From an uncultured Clostridium sp. (GTDB lineage Bacteria; Bacillota; Clostridia; TANB77; CAG-508): 64,000 nt of DNA. The position numbers and the translations under genes are program-made. This document shows positions 31,874-42,781 of the stretch, one piece after another (position 1 is the stretch's first letter; each line of letters begins with the position of its first letter). Where the stretch lies: contig CANBHY010000005.1 in NCBI GenBank assembly GCA_947368535.1, positions 65,117 through 129,116 of the forward strand. Reading direction: 5' to 3'. The notes beneath the pieces are model-generated. The model was not told where the DNA came from and did no database searches. It saw only the letters and a program-made list of their open reading frames with translations.

Positions 31874-31981
31874 ATCTCTTCTCTCCTATTCTTCAAATGT
31901 CGTATATTGCTTATTATACCATGTTTACATAACTTTGTCCAATTGAATGCTAAAAAAGAATAAGCTATATCAATCTGTAGC

Positions 31982-32383
31982 TTATTCTTCTGTTATACAT
32001 TTTTCTAAAATTTCTTTTAATCGTTCGTCTTTTTTAGATAAGTATAAATATCCTACTAATCCTTCAAATGCTGTTGAATACATATAATCCTCTGGGTCTG
32101 CATTCTTAGGTAAATGATGGTTTTCTGCATTTCTTGCTCTTCTTACAATGTCTTTTTCTTCTTCTGTTAAATCATCCATTAACCTTTTTAATATATCTGC
32201 TTGAGCTTTTGCTTTTACATATTTTATAGATTCTATATGTAATTTATGTGGCTTTAATTTTGTTTTATTTACTAAATTAGTTCGTATATATAGCTCATAA
32301 ATCGCATCTCCTACATATGCCCATGTTAACGGTGATAGTAGGTTAACTTCTGATTCGTCTTTTTCTCTTTCTATTAACTCCAT
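31982..32383 (-). CDS. mrnC: Mini-ribonuclease III
   Basis: AYVGDAIYEL, VKAKAQA, RRARN, Y.YSTAFEGLVGYLY. Confidence 0.93.
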   Translation of the reverse strand: MELIEREKDESEVNLLSPLTWAYVGDAIYELYIRTNLVNKTKLKPHKLHIESIKYVKAKAQADILKRLMDDLTEEEKDIVRRARNAENHHLPKNADPEDYMYSTAFEGLVGYLYLSKKDERLKEILEKCITEE

Positions 32384-32397
32384 TTTGTTCCTTTCTT

Positions 32398-33276
32398 TTA
32401 TACTTTTTCAAGTGTTATTTTTCCTATTTTACCATTTTTAAAATCATCTAATATTATATTTGCAACCTTTTCTTCATCTATATTTCCTCCTGATATTAAC
32501 GCTCCTCTTTTTCTTCCAATTATGTACATTAATTCAAGATAGTATTGTGAATGCTCTTTTATTTTTTCTATGTCTTCTGTTGTTATTTTATATTTTTCAT
32601 ATAATTTTTCTGGATAATTTTTATCTAAATATTGAATTAGTGTATATGCAACTTCTGTTCTTTCTAGTACATCGTCTTTGATACTTCCTGTATATGCTAA
32701 ATTTAATCCTACTTCTTCACTTTCAAATTTAGGCCAAAGTACACCTGGAGTGTCTAATAATTCTATCTGATTTCCTATTCTTATCCATTGTTTTTGTTTA
32801 GTTACACCCGGTTTATTTCCTACTGTCATTGTAGTTTTCTTTGATATTCTATTTATGAATGATGATTTTCCTACATTAGGTATACCAATAATCATGACTC
32901 TTATTGTTTTTCTAATTCTGCCTTTTTCATTTTGAGCTTTTAATTCTGCTTCCATTATATTTTCAATTGATTTTTTTACTTGTTCAATTCCTTTTCCTTG
33001 ATTAGAATCCGCTTCTATTGCGGTTATATTCTTTTTCTTAAAATATTCTATCCATTTTCTTGTTTCTTTTTCATCTGCTAAATCGCTTTTATTTAATATT
33101 ATTATTCTTTTTTTATTTCTAACAATTTCTGCTATATCTGGATTTTGGCTCGATTTTGGTATACGTGCGTCTAATATTTCTACCACTACATCTATTAGTT
33201 TTGAATCTTCTAATATTTGCCTCTTAGTTTTTGCCATATGACCTGGGTACCAGTTGATATTCATATTATTTTCCAT
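32398..33276 (-). CDS. rbgA: Ribosome biogenesis GTPase RbgA/YlqF
   Basis: WYPGHM, DARIP, NKSDL, GIPNVGKSS, DTPG. Confidence 0.96.
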   Translation of the reverse strand: MENNMNINWYPGHMAKTKRQILEDSKLIDVVVEILDARIPKSSQNPDIAEIVRNKKRIIILNKSDLADEKETRKWIEYFKKKNITAIEADSNQGKGIEQVKKSIENIMEAELKAQNEKGRIRKTIRVMIIGIPNVGKSSFINRISKKTTMTVGNKPGVTKQKQWIRIGNQIELLDTPGVLWPKFESEEVGLNLAYTGSIKDDVLERTEVAYTLIQYLDKNYPEKLYEKYKITTEDIEKIKEHSQYYLELMYIIGRKRGALISGGNIDEEKVANIILDDFKNGKIGKITLEKV

Positions 33277-33288
33277 TTTTTCACTTCC

Positions 33289-33972
33289 TTAATAATCTTC
33301 ATAATAATTTATTATTTTTTCTATTGTTCCGTCTTTAGATATTTTATTCCATTCTGCTTTATATATTGATTTGGCATATTCTGTATCTAAATAATTCTTT
33401 TGAAAGTCATCTCTTTTTTGTACTAATACTGGATTGTTTGTCCATATGTTAAAATTACCATTACTATTTATTCTCTTACATATATATTTATAGCAGTTTT
33501 CAAAATGTTTATCAAAATCATTAATCTCTGGTAAGTTTTTTATTGATGTGGCTATCTGTCTTTTAGCTAAAATCTTAATATCAAAATCTCTATCAGAATC
33601 AGATACACATTCTCCATAAATACTTCTAGGTCTTTCTTTTCTAGATCCTCTATGATCTTCTATTGCTTCTTTCATTATTTTAATATCTTCATCATTAAAA
33701 TATTTTTTTAATTCCACATCATTTTCTAAAATTTTGCCTGATTCGTATTCATGATTTTCTCTACTGATTTTTAGCCCTAAGTCATGATAACTAGCTATAG
33801 TATATGCCATATTTTTATCTAAATTATAATAATCAGCAAGCATCATCATATTATTAATTACATTATTAATATGTATCATTCCATGTGAATAATATTTGCT
33901 ATACTTTGGAAAAATATTTTTTTCAATATGATTTTTTAATTCTTGGCTTACTTCATTAATTTCATTTTTCAT
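33289..33972 (-). CDS. HD-domain phosphohydrolase
   Basis: H...H, YHDLG, HE..SG, EDHR, DSDR. Confidence 0.85.
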   Translation of the reverse strand: MKNEINEVSQELKNHIEKNIFPKYSKYYSHGMIHINNVINNMMMLADYYNLDKNMAYTIASYHDLGLKISRENHEYESGKILENDVELKKYFNDEDIKIMKEAIEDHRGSRKERPRSIYGECVSDSDRDFDIKILAKRQIATSIKNLPEINDFDKHFENCYKYICKRINSNGNFNIWTNNPVLVQKRDDFQKNYLDTEYAKSIYKAEWNKISKDGTIEKIINYYEDY

Positions 33973-33975
33973 GTA

Positions 33976-34335
33976 TTATCCTCTTATATTTTCTATAATT
34001 ACTTCTCCATCTCTTACAGATTTATATTTTTTATTTTCTCTTTGGCATTTCTCTACTATTTCTTCAATTAGATGTACTTTATGATAATCTGACTTGTAAT
34101 GTTGTATAAAAATGTAGTCTATAAAGTCTAATCCTTCAACAAAAATGTTATCTTTATTGTAATATTTTTTAGGTTCATCATCCATTATATTTCATAAATT
34201 TTTCTTTTATTTTTTCATTGTTATCGAAGTATTCTTTCAAATCTAATATTGTAACTTCAAATCCTATTTCTTCTAATAATTTTCTATCTTCTTTTATATT
34301 GGTTTCAACCTTTTCTGCATATTTCTCCGTTCTTT
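33976..34335 (-). pseudogene. Peptidase E (S51)-like remnant with internal deletion
   Basis: ...LLEEIGFEVTILDLKEYF... stop, then MDDEP...EGLDFIDY....HYKSDY...RDGEVII; catalytic GGNT and G.SAG region absent. Confidence 0.6.
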
Positions 34336-34337
34336 TA

Positions 34338-34892
34338 CTAAATTCTAAATAAGTATGCTGCTAATTCATCATAACATTCATCTCTATTTACTAATTTTCC
34401 TTCTTCTCTCATTTTATTTAATTCATTGATAGAAACAAATTTAATTGCTTGAACTTCTTCAGCTTGAAATCTTATATTATCTGCTGTTAGTCCATTTTGT
34501 CTTAAAATAAAGAAATCATAAAATTGTCTATCATAGTGATCATCATTTACTTTTTCTTCTTTTCTATAAGAAAACATGAATCTAAAATCTCTAACTTCAA
34601 CACTATATCCTAAGCTTACACTTACTTCTTCGCTGATTTCTCTAGTTGCTGCTGTTAAGCTGTCTTGACCTGCTGATAAATGTCCTGTTACTGATATATC
34701 CCACATTCCTGGGTTTTTATCTTTATTTTCACTTCTTTGTTGAATTAGTACTTCATTTTTTTCATTTACTATTGCTACTACAATTATACGATGCCATAGT
34801 CCTTTTTTATGTACTTCTTTTCTTGGTAATATTTCTCCTGTTTTTATACCATTACTATCTAACACATCTAATAACTCTTCTCTCATATTCAC
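34338..34892 (-). CDS. NUDIX hydrolase (IDI-like)
   Basis: VHKKGLWH, QQRS..K...PGMWD, GH..AG.....AA.RE..EE. Confidence 0.9.
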   Translation of the reverse strand: MNMREELLDVLDSNGIKTGEILPRKEVHKKGLWHRIIVVAIVNEKNEVLIQQRSENKDKNPGMWDISVTGHLSAGQDSLTAATREISEEVSVSLGYSVEVRDFRFMFSYRKEEKVNDDHYDRQFYDFFILRQNGLTADNIRFQAEEVQAIKFVSINELNKMREEGKLVNRDECYDELAAYLFRI

Positions 34893-35046
34893 TTTCCTTT
34901 CTATATTCTAATTAATACTGCATTTTATTATATCATTTAAATGCCTATTTGTCAGTATTTTCCTTGAATAAATATTTTGGAAATTTAGTATCACTTTCAT
35001 AATATAAAAAAGTCATCTCTTTTTGAGCTGACTTTTCATAAAACTT

Positions 35047-35646
35047 CTATTCTTGCTTTTTAAATAATTCTTTTCCTACTCCACATAGTGGACATTTAAA
35101 GTCTTCTGGTACTTCGTCTCCATAGTAAATATATCCGCATATTGTGCATATCCATGCTGTTTTTCCTTTTTCTGTAGTCACTTTTAATAATTCTTCTTTA
35201 TGTTCTTGATAATAACCATAACTCATCTCTTCTTTTTCCCTATAAATATCTGCTTCTATTAATTTTCCTATAAATAGTGTATGTGTGTCATTATCAATTG
35301 AATCTACTATTTCACATATCATATATCCTAAAGAATCTTTTATTACGTTTATTCCTTCAACTTGGTTTACTTCAGTATTTTCAAATTTGTTTATTTCTCT
35401 TCCTGAATTAAATCCGAATGTTTTTATTATGTCAGGATTTACATCTTTTCCTAATATTGATATTGCAAATTTGTTATTATTTTTTAATAGTTCATTTGTA
35501 TAATTTTTCTTCATTACTGATACAGATATTAATGGGTTCTCTCCTGAACTTATTTGTGATACTGCATCTACTATACAGCCTCCGTTTTTGGTTGTTAGCA
35601 CATACATTCCTTGACTAATTTTTCTTGTTATATTTATATTTTTCAT
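35047..35646 (-). CDS. Flavin reductase with C-terminal rubredoxin domain
   Basis: [21 protein letters not shown]...CPLCG. Confidence 0.9.
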   Translation of the reverse strand: MKNINITRKISQGMYVLTTKNGGCIVDAVSQISSGENPLISVSVMKKNYTNELLKNNNKFAISILGKDVNPDIIKTFGFNSGREINKFENTEVNQVEGINVIKDSLGYMICEIVDSIDNDTHTLFIGKLIEADIYREKEEMSYGYYQEHKEELLKVTTEKGKTAWICTICGYIYYGDEVPEDFKCPLCGVGKELFKKQE

Positions 35647-35656
35647 TTTTAACTCC

Positions 35657-35865
35657 TTATATCATTTTAGTAATTGTTTCTTCAATAATTTCATATACTT
35701 TGTTTTTCTTTACTTCTATATTTTTAGTTCCTTCTATATAATTGCAATTGTTTTTGTAATATTGAATTTTTGTGAACATTATAGCATTTTCTCTCATATT
35801 TTTCTTTTATATCTTTTATTATCTCTGTCTTTCCTGCACATGCTCCACTGGTTATTAAAATTTTA
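35657..35865 (-). pseudogene. Remnant of a P-loop NTPase/kinase gene
   Basis: Startless frame KILITSGACAGKTEII... joined out of frame to a short C-terminal-like piece. Confidence 0.45.
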
Positions 35866-36384
35866 TTTTATTGTATCCCAATATACCATTTCTTCTATTG
35901 AATTTCTTTTTTCATGCATTTCTCCTGGATGTGCATCTTCTGATGGATATCCTACTGGTAATATTGAAACTATTTCTAAGTTTTCTGGTATTTCATATAC
36001 TTCTCTTATTTTTTGTGGGTCAAATGATCCTATCCATGTTGTTCCTAATCCTAAATCTTGTATTTCAAGCATCATCTGTGTTGTTACAATACTTGCATCT
36101 ATTATTCCTTCATCTTTTCCATCATATTTTCTCTTCCATGATATATTTTTGTCATAGCAAATAATCATAATTACTGGTGCTCCCCAACCAAATCTAGTAC
36201 ATTCACTTAATTTTGCTAATTTTTCTGGTTCTTGTAATACTAGAATTCTTTGTGGTTGGTAATTTACTGCAGTTGGCGCTATTCTTCCTGCTTCTAATAT
36301 CTTTTCTAATTTTTCTTTCTCAACTTTTTTATCTGTAAAGCTTCTGCATGAATATCTTTCTTTTGCTAATTCTAAAAAATCCAT
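35863..36384 (-). CDS. Nitroreductase family protein
   Basis: RYSCRSF, APTAVNYQP, LGLGTTWIG, GYP. Confidence 0.93.
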   Translation of the reverse strand: MDFLELAKERYSCRSFTDKKVEKEKLEKILEAGRIAPTAVNYQPQRILVLQEPEKLAKLSECTRFGWGAPVIMIICYDKNISWKRKYDGKDEGIIDASIVTTQMMLEIQDLGLGTTWIGSFDPQKIREVYEIPENLEIVSILPVGYPSEDAHPGEMHEKRNSIEEMVYWDTIK

Positions 36385-36395
36385 ATTAATCTCCT

Positions 36396-37226
36396 TTATG
36401 TTTTATTTTCTTTTTTAGCTTTTACTAATTCTTCATGATAAAAATAATTTTTATAATTTAACTTATTTTTATCACAATAATCGTTAATTTCTTGGGATAA
36501 ATCTATCCAATATTGTTTATTATTTTTATTATATATATCAATATATTTTTCATAATGTTGTGGATATTTTTCTTTTATGTAACTCATTATACTTGATTTA
36601 TATTGTCCTCTTAAATTTAAATTTTCAAACCAGTATTCATCTATATAATCTTTTGATTTTTCTATGATTTCTTTCCACTCGGTTATATATGGAAAAATTG
36701 GTGACATAAATAAAATTGTATATATTCCATTGTTATGTAATTCTCTTAATGTTGATAATCTTTTTTCTATGCTAGATGCATTATCCATATCATTTTTAAA
36801 ATTTTCATCTAATGTATTTATTGACATGCTTACTGTTACATTTTTTATCTGTTTTAGTAATTCTATGTCTCTTAATATTAAACTTGATTTTGTTGATATT
36901 GATAGAAAACACTCTGAATTAATTAGTTGTTCTAGAATCTGCTTTGTTAATTCATACTTTTCTTCCATTTCATTATAGCAGTCTGTTACAGAAGATAAAA
37001 ATACTGTTTTGTTTTTTATTCTATTTAAATTTATTTTCTTATCACATCTTTTTATATCAATAAAAGTTCCCCATTCTTCTTGATGTCCTGTAAAACGTTT
37101 CATAAATGATGCATAACAGTATTTACAACCATGTGGACATCCTACATATGGATTTATTACATAGTCACTTGCTGGTAAATTTGATTTGGTTAGATAATCA
37201 TTTACTTGTATTTCTTTTATTTTCAT
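36396..37226 (-). CDS. Radical SAM protein, spore-photoproduct-lyase-like family
   Basis: NPYVGCPHGCKYCYA, SSVTDCY, TKS.LILRD. Confidence 0.88.
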   Translation of the reverse strand: MKIKEIQVNDYLTKSNLPASDYVINPYVGCPHGCKYCYASFMKRFTGHQEEWGTFIDIKRCDKKINLNRIKNKTVFLSSVTDCYNEMEEKYELTKQILEQLINSECFLSISTKSSLILRDIELLKQIKNVTVSMSINTLDENFKNDMDNASSIEKRLSTLRELHNNGIYTILFMSPIFPYITEWKEIIEKSKDYIDEYWFENLNLRGQYKSSIMSYIKEKYPQHYEKYIDIYNKNNKQYWIDLSQEINDYCDKNKLNYKNYFYHEELVKAKKENKT

Positions 37227-37306
37227 ATATTACCCCATAATTTTAATTTATTTTATATTACTATAAAAAAGAGCAATTATCAATATAATTGCTCTTTCTT
37301 GTATTT

Positions 37307-38362
37307 TTATTTTACTTCTGCTGTATATTCTGTTTTTTCTTCATTTTCATATAAATAATATGTTCCTTTAGTTATCTTTTCATTACTTATAATTAATGTT
37401 TTAAATTCTTCATCTGCTTCAAATTCAATAATCTCTTCTTCCTCATCATTTTTTAGTCTTATTGTAGTTTCTTTACTTATTTTATTTTTTAGTGTAAAGC
37501 ATATAAATTCTTGAGTTGATGTGCTCTCTGGTTTTTCTAACATATCTGATCCTAGTGCAATTAATTCTCCTCCATTGATTTCAAATCCATCATCTGTATC
37601 TATTCCTGCATCTCCACTTATTGGCGAACCGACTGTATAAATTTTTCCGCCATTTATTATTAAATTTTTATTTGAATCTATTCCATCTCCTTTTGCTTTT
37701 ATATATATTGTTCCGTCATTTATTGTAATAGTTCCTCCGTCTCCTCCTGCATTTATTCCATCGTCTTCAGATTCAATATTAATAATTCCAGAATTTATTG
37801 TTATATCTTTTGTTTCTGTTGCAATTCCTTCTCCTTCTTCTTGATTTCCATATACGTTTAATATTCCTTTGCCTTCTATAGTTAAATTACCTTTTGAATA
37901 TATACAACTATCATATTCACTTGATCCTCCATCTGATAAGTTGTTTTCTGTATTTTCTTCTAATTTAATTGTTAAATCATTTTCACTAATGTTAGCTATT
38001 GAGGCTGTATTTTCATTTTCTATAGTAACATTGTCTAAAATCAAAGTTACTTCATTTTCGGAATCTATTAATACTGAATGTTCAAATTCTCCTGTTAATG
38101 TATAAGTTCCACCTTTATTTATTGTTATATTGTTATCGTATTTGCTTAAGTCTATTTCTTTTTCTGATACTTCTTCTCCTTTTTCTATATCTGATTCTTT
38201 AGTTTCTTTTTCTTTTGACTCTTCTCTCATTTCAAATCTATTGTCTGGTTCTTTGACTTCTTCTTTTTTATTAATTTCTTCTATGTTTAAATATATTAAT
38301 ATTCCTAAAATTGTTGTTAGTATCACAATAACAATTATTTGTATTATACTTTCTCTTTTCAT
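37307..38362 (-). CDS. Membrane-anchored carbohydrate-binding beta-helix protein (Cthe_2159/DUF4353-like)
   Basis: GTYTLTG, repeated I.I.GG...DGIDS/DDGINA. Confidence 0.8.
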   Translation of the reverse strand: MKRESIIQIIVIVILTTILGILIYLNIEEINKKEEVKEPDNRFEMREESKEKETKESDIEKGEEVSEKEIDLSKYDNNITINKGGTYTLTGEFEHSVLIDSENEVTLILDNVTIENENTASIANISENDLTIKLEENTENNLSDGGSSEYDSCIYSKGNLTIEGKGILNVYGNQEEGEGIATETKDITINSGIINIESEDDGINAGGDGGTITINDGTIYIKAKGDGIDSNKNLIINGGKIYTVGSPISGDAGIDTDDGFEINGGELIALGSDMLEKPESTSTQEFICFTLKNKISKETTIRLKNDEEEEIIEFEADEEFKTLIISNEKITKGTYYLYENEEKTEYTAEVK

Positions 38363-38372
38363 ATTTTCTCCT

Positions 38373-38666
38373 TTATATTTTATTTTCTGAGGTTGTATTT
38401 TCTTTCGTTTTTTTATCTATTGTCTGACTTCTTGTGTTGCTATTTTCTCTAGGCATTTCTGGTGGTTGCTCTTGATTATCTCTTTGTTGCATTTCAGGTG
38501 GTTCCATCATCTCACTATTTGGTTGTTGTAGCATTTTTTCGTTTCTTTCCATTTGATTTTCTTCTTTTCTTTCGTTCATTTCTTTTATTCGAACTAAAAA
38601 TATTGAACTTGTTATTATTGCTCCTAATAGAATTCCTATTATTACATAGCCTATTTTGTTTCTCAT
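38373..38666 (-). CDS. Small membrane protein with PPEM repeats
   Basis: TM helix, EPPEM/QPPEM; AGGAG RBS. Confidence 0.65.
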   Translation of the reverse strand: MRNKIGYVIIGILLGAIITSSIFLVRIKEMNERKEENQMERNEKMLQQPNSEMMEPPEMQQRDNQEQPPEMPRENSNTRSQTIDKKTKENTTSENKI

Positions 38667-38768
38667 ATGTTTCTCCTTTTCATTTATTTATATACATATT
38701 AATTTATGGACATTAAATTTAACTTAAATACAAAAAAATAAGACCTTTTTATTGGTCTTATTTTTTTC

Positions 38769-40796
38769 TTATCTTTCTTCATCTTCTATACTTTGTATTG
38801 AATTTTCTCTATTTTGTTCCATACTATTTTCTGTTAGCCATCCTAACATTTTTGTGCTACCATCTTCATATCTACAAATGAAGTGATATGAAAATTTTGC
38901 ATCTGGATATTGCTGTTTTAAATCATATAAACTTATATTTGAATCAGTTATTGCAAAATATTCACTGTTTGTAGTAACTCCTATAATAGAAATTTCTTTA
39001 GTTCCATTTTGTTGATTTTCAAAATATCCATAGTTTCCTGTTCCATCTGGGCATTCAAAATACTTACCGCTTTCTATATTCATAGAAGCTCCAACTCTAA
39101 CTGAAGATAAATATTCTATGCTGCTATCTGCAACAGTTGTTTCTTCTTGTTTTTCTTCTACCTTCTCTGTATTTTCTTCTTGAACTTGCTCTGTTTTTTC
39201 TTTTTCAGTATTTTCTTCTACAACTGGAGCTTCTTCTGTTTTACTAATTGTTTCTTCTTCAGTTGTGGTTTCTGTTTGTACTTGTCCATTTTCTTCAAAT
39301 CTTATTGCTTGTTTTATAGCATCTTCATAGTCTATTTTTTCTGATGATTGTAATTCATCTGGTGTCTGTGTTTCTGTTGACAGATCATAGCTGCTTTCTA
39401 TTATTGGTTGATTAGCTTCTGTCATTGAATTTCCATTATTGTATATTCCTGCTATTCCTAATCCTATTGCTGCTACTACACACACTGTTCCAACTGCTCC
39501 TGCAATTGTTCTTTTATTTATACTTGGAATATGTACTTTATTTCTTATTGAATCTCTTTGATCTTTTAATTTTCTTGTAAATCTTTTTACTATATGTTCT
39601 TCTTGTCCTTCTGAATCTTTTTTTCCTAATATAATTCTTTTTACTCTTGAGCTTAATTTAGCATCTTTTTTAGCTTGTTCTTCTGCTGCTATTCTTTCTT
39701 GCTCAGCTCTTTCTTGTTCTGCTTTTAATCTTTTTTGCTCTGCTGCTTGTTCTTTTGCTATTCTAGCTACTTCAGCTGCTTTTTGAGCTTTTGCTTGTCT
39801 TCTTTCTTGAGCTTCTTTTTGTATTTGTTCTTCTGTTTTAGCTGGCTTAGTTTTATCTTTTATTTTTGTTTGATATATATTTTTCATTTTTCCAGCTTCT
39901 CTAGCTGCTTTTTTAGATGCTTGTCTTGATTTTGCTCTACTTATTGATTTCTTAGGTCTTGGTTCATAAGTTGGTTTTGGTTTTGAAGTTGTAGTGTCTG
40001 GTTCAATTATTGTTTCTTCTGCTACTTTAGGTTCTACAATTTCTGGTGCTACTATTGGTTTTTCTGACGTTTTCTGCTCTATACTTTCTGGTGTTATTTT
40101 TTGTTCTTCTTGTGATGTCATTTGTTCTTGTTCATTTTCTCCAATTATTGGACTAGAAATTGGTGACTCTTCCTTAATTTCTTCTTTTTCAATTTCTAGA
40201 GCTTTCATATTTTGCTCTCTTAATGTTGATATAAGTTCATCAAATTCTTTGTCAGCTTGTGATGGTCCTAATAGTGGCTCTGTTACAGCTTTCTTTGGTT
40301 TATTTACATTTATCTGAATTCCATTTAATTTTTGAGCAAATGCTTGTCTAAAAATTTGAAATCTATCTCTTAGACTTAAATTCTTAGCTGATTTAAATAT
40401 GTTTAAATCGTATTCTATATTCATTCTTGCTTGCACAAATTCTGCCATTTTATGAGTATTAGCTCTTATTCTAAAATCTCTTTTACTTTCTGACACTTTA
40501 ATAAAGATTGTTTCTGTTGTTATATCTATATATTTTTGTGCATATTCTGTTCCATATGTTTGGTCAAATTCTACTAATGAATCATATAGTCCTACATCTA
40601 TTTGTTTTTCTTTTTCCTTTGGAACGTTTCTACCTATTATTTGTTTTCTTCTCTCTGCTATATATTTTTTATCGTAGCTTTTTCTTTCTCCGTCGTTTAT
40701 TGGTTTTACAAGAGATTGTTGACCATCGTATCTACTAAGAACATATTCTCCATTTTCTAAATCAACACGTACGGTTAATATATCATTACTTCTCAC
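38769..40796 (-). CDS. Large single-TM hypothetical protein with K/E/A-rich coiled coil
   Basis: 675-aa ORF, AAGGAG RBS, internal TM around residues 430-455, downstream terminator. Confidence 0.75.
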   Translation of the reverse strand: MRSNDILTVRVDLENGEYVLSRYDGQQSLVKPINDGERKSYDKKYIAERRKQIIGRNVPKEKEKQIDVGLYDSLVEFDQTYGTEYAQKYIDITTETIFIKVSESKRDFRIRANTHKMAEFVQARMNIEYDLNIFKSAKNLSLRDRFQIFRQAFAQKLNGIQINVNKPKKAVTEPLLGPSQADKEFDELISTLREQNMKALEIEKEEIKEESPISSPIIGENEQEQMTSQEEQKITPESIEQKTSEKPIVAPEIVEPKVAEETIIEPDTTTSKPKPTYEPRPKKSISRAKSRQASKKAAREAGKMKNIYQTKIKDKTKPAKTEEQIQKEAQERRQAKAQKAAEVARIAKEQAAEQKRLKAEQERAEQERIAAEEQAKKDAKLSSRVKRIILGKKDSEGQEEHIVKRFTRKLKDQRDSIRNKVHIPSINKRTIAGAVGTVCVVAAIGLGIAGIYNNGNSMTEANQPIIESSYDLSTETQTPDELQSSEKIDYEDAIKQAIRFEENGQVQTETTTEEETISKTEEAPVVEENTEKEKTEQVQEENTEKVEEKQEETTVADSSIEYLSSVRVGASMNIESGKYFECPDGTGNYGYFENQQNGTKEISIIGVTTNSEYFAITDSNISLYDLKQQYPDAKFSYHFICRYEDGSTKMLGWLTENSMEQNRENSIQSIEDEER

Positions 40797-40937
40797 AATT
40801 TTTCTCCTTTTTTGAGTAGATATAAGTTTACATAAATATTATATCAGTTGCATATTATTGTTGTCAAGTTTTATCTTTTGCCCATTTTATTATACTTTAA
40901 ACATAGAAAGAGAGAATTTTGCTTCTCTCTTCTTGTT

Positions 40938-42308
40938 TTATTCATTCTCTAAATTTCCTTCTGAATCTCCTTCTCCTGGATTAACTGGTGTTGTTGGACT
41001 TGGTGTTTCACTTGGATTTGGATCAGTTGTTGGATCTGGACTTTGACTTGGAGTTGTTGTTTGACTTGGTTCTGTAGATTGTGTTGGATCTGGATTAGTT
41101 GTTTGAGTTGGATTTGGGTCGGTTGTTGGTTCTGGACTCTGGCTTGGAGTTGTTGTTTGACTTGGTTCTACAGATTGGGTCGGTTGTGTGCTTTCACTTG
41201 GTGCTGGTGTATCTTTTGGTTCTTCAATAATCACATTGTTCCATGGATTACTTGATATTGGATCTGTTGGATCATATCCACGTAAATCAGTATATCCAGA
41301 TATTTTTCTTGCTGATGGCTTTCCTAATGGATTTGCTGCTGATGCTGAAAATTCAACTTGTGTTCCTGTTCCACAATTACTATATATCCATATTGCATCT
41401 GCTACTGTAAGTCTTATACATCCAGCTGATGCTGTTGTTCCTAATTTATCATATTCCCAATATTCTAATGAACTAGGATCTCCATTTGTTGTATATGGTA
41501 CAGAATGGAATAATATGTTTCCTACTATAGGTACAGCATATTGTCCATATACATTACCAAATAAAGCTCTCCATCTATATCTGCTTCTTTTTAGTTTGTA
41601 TACTCCACCTCTCGGAGTTGCACTTCCTGTTGAACATACCATTGCTTTAACTGGTACTGTATAATTTCCTTCTGCATCTTTTTCATAAACTGTAACTACA
41701 TTTGAACTATAGTTTACTATTACATAATATTTAGCAGAATTATCTTTTTCTTTTACTCTAGCTTCTTCTAGTTCTTCTTCTGTTGCCATTTCATTTTCTA
41801 GAGCTTCATTTCCTATTAATTCCGTTATATTGTTAAGTTCTATTATGTATGCATTGTCACTATATTTTCCCTGTGATTCATATTTTAAATATACTTTTGC
41901 ATTTGAAAATATTTCTATATTATTTTCATATACTGTATAATTTTTATCTTCGATTTTTCCTTCTGGTTTTAGACTCTCTATGTTTTGACTTTGTTCTAAA
42001 AGCAAATCTTCTTCTGATTTTATAGGTTCAATATAGTAATACAATTTATAGTTTTCTAATTTTGATTTTGCTGTTATTATGACACTTCCTTCGTTTTCTT
42101 CTGCATTAGAAATTTCAATCTCAGTGTTTTCTTTAGTAACATTTGGGATACTTATTGCTTTTGCTGTTTCTTCTGATTTTATTAACTTTTTGAAATCAGT
42201 GTGTGTTGCAAATGCAATTCCTAAAGTTCCTGCCATTATTACTGTTATTATTAATAAAATTAATATTATTTTTGTACTTATACTTAGATTTGCTAGTTTT
42301 TCTCTCAT
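40938..42308 (-). CDS. L,D-transpeptidase (YkuD) family protein with P/T/S-rich tail
   Basis: AMVCSTG, ILFHSVPY, ASAGCIRL; N-terminal TM. Confidence 0.9.
   Translation of the reverse strand: MREKLANLSISTKIILILLIITVIMAGTLGIAFATHTDFKKLIKSEETAKAISIPNVTKENTEIEISNAEENEGSVIITAKSKLENYKLYYYIEPIKSEEDLLLEQSQNIESLKPEGKIEDKNYTVYENNIEIFSNAKVYLKYESQGKYSDNAYIIELNNITELIGNEALENEMATEEELEEARVKEKDNSAKYYVIVNYSSNVVTVYEKDAEGNYTVPVKAMVCSTGSATPRGGVYKLKRSRYRWRALFGNVYGQYAVPIVGNILFHSVPYTTNGDPSSLEYWEYDKLGTTASAGCIRLTVADAIWIYSNCGTGTQVEFSASAANPLGKPSARKISGYTDLRGYDPTDPISSNPWNNVIIEEPKDTPAPSESTQPTQSVEPSQTTTPSQSPEPTTDPNPTQTTNPDPTQSTEPSQTTTPSQSPDPTTDPNPSETPSPTTPVNPGEGDSEGNLENE
40975..41210 (-). repeat. Pro/Thr/Ser/Gln-coding duplicated repeat
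   Basis: PTQS.EPSQTTTPSQSP.PTTDPNP present twice. Confidence 0.8.
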
Positions 42309-42328
42309 TATTTTATCCTTTCAAAATT

Positions 42329-42781
42329 CTATGTTCTATAATTATTTCTATCTGCTCTTTCATCAAATTCTCTATCATAGTCTTTATTTGCATAAAACCA
42401 AACTGTCTTTTTATCTTCTCCTGATCCCATTCTGTTTTTGTTTACTAATATGTCTATAAAAGATATTAGTGGAAGTATTACTCCTAATGCATCGATTAAT
42501 ATTGTTTCTGTATTTCCTACATTATTTGTTAGACAATTATATAAATCATTTCCGAAATATGCTGTAAATAGTATAAAGTATGCAAATGCTCCTACAACAT
42601 TTCTTTTTAATATTAATGCAAAACATGGTATTGAAAGGAATAATAATGCAATTTCTAAATTGATATTAATTGGTGTAATTGCAAAATCAATTTCCATTGA
42701 TGCACAAAATACTACTATTAATCTGAATATCCAAAATAAAATTCCTAAAAATGATATTAAATAACTTAACATTCCAACCAT
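42329..42781 (-). CDS. Four-TM membrane protein
   Basis: Hydrophobic helices; C-terminal WFY.NKDYDR..DERADRNNY. Confidence 0.75.
   Translation of the reverse strand: MVGMLSYLISFLGILFWIFRLIVVFCASMEIDFAITPININLEIALLFLSIPCFALILKRNVVGAFAYFILFTAYFGNDLYNCLTNNVGNTETILIDALGVILPLISFIDILVNKNRMGSGEDKKTVWFYANKDYDREFDERADRNNYRT

Noticed and set aside
31394..31980. Prophage or ICE integrated at tRNA-Glu
   Set aside because: No integrase, att repeat or phage genes
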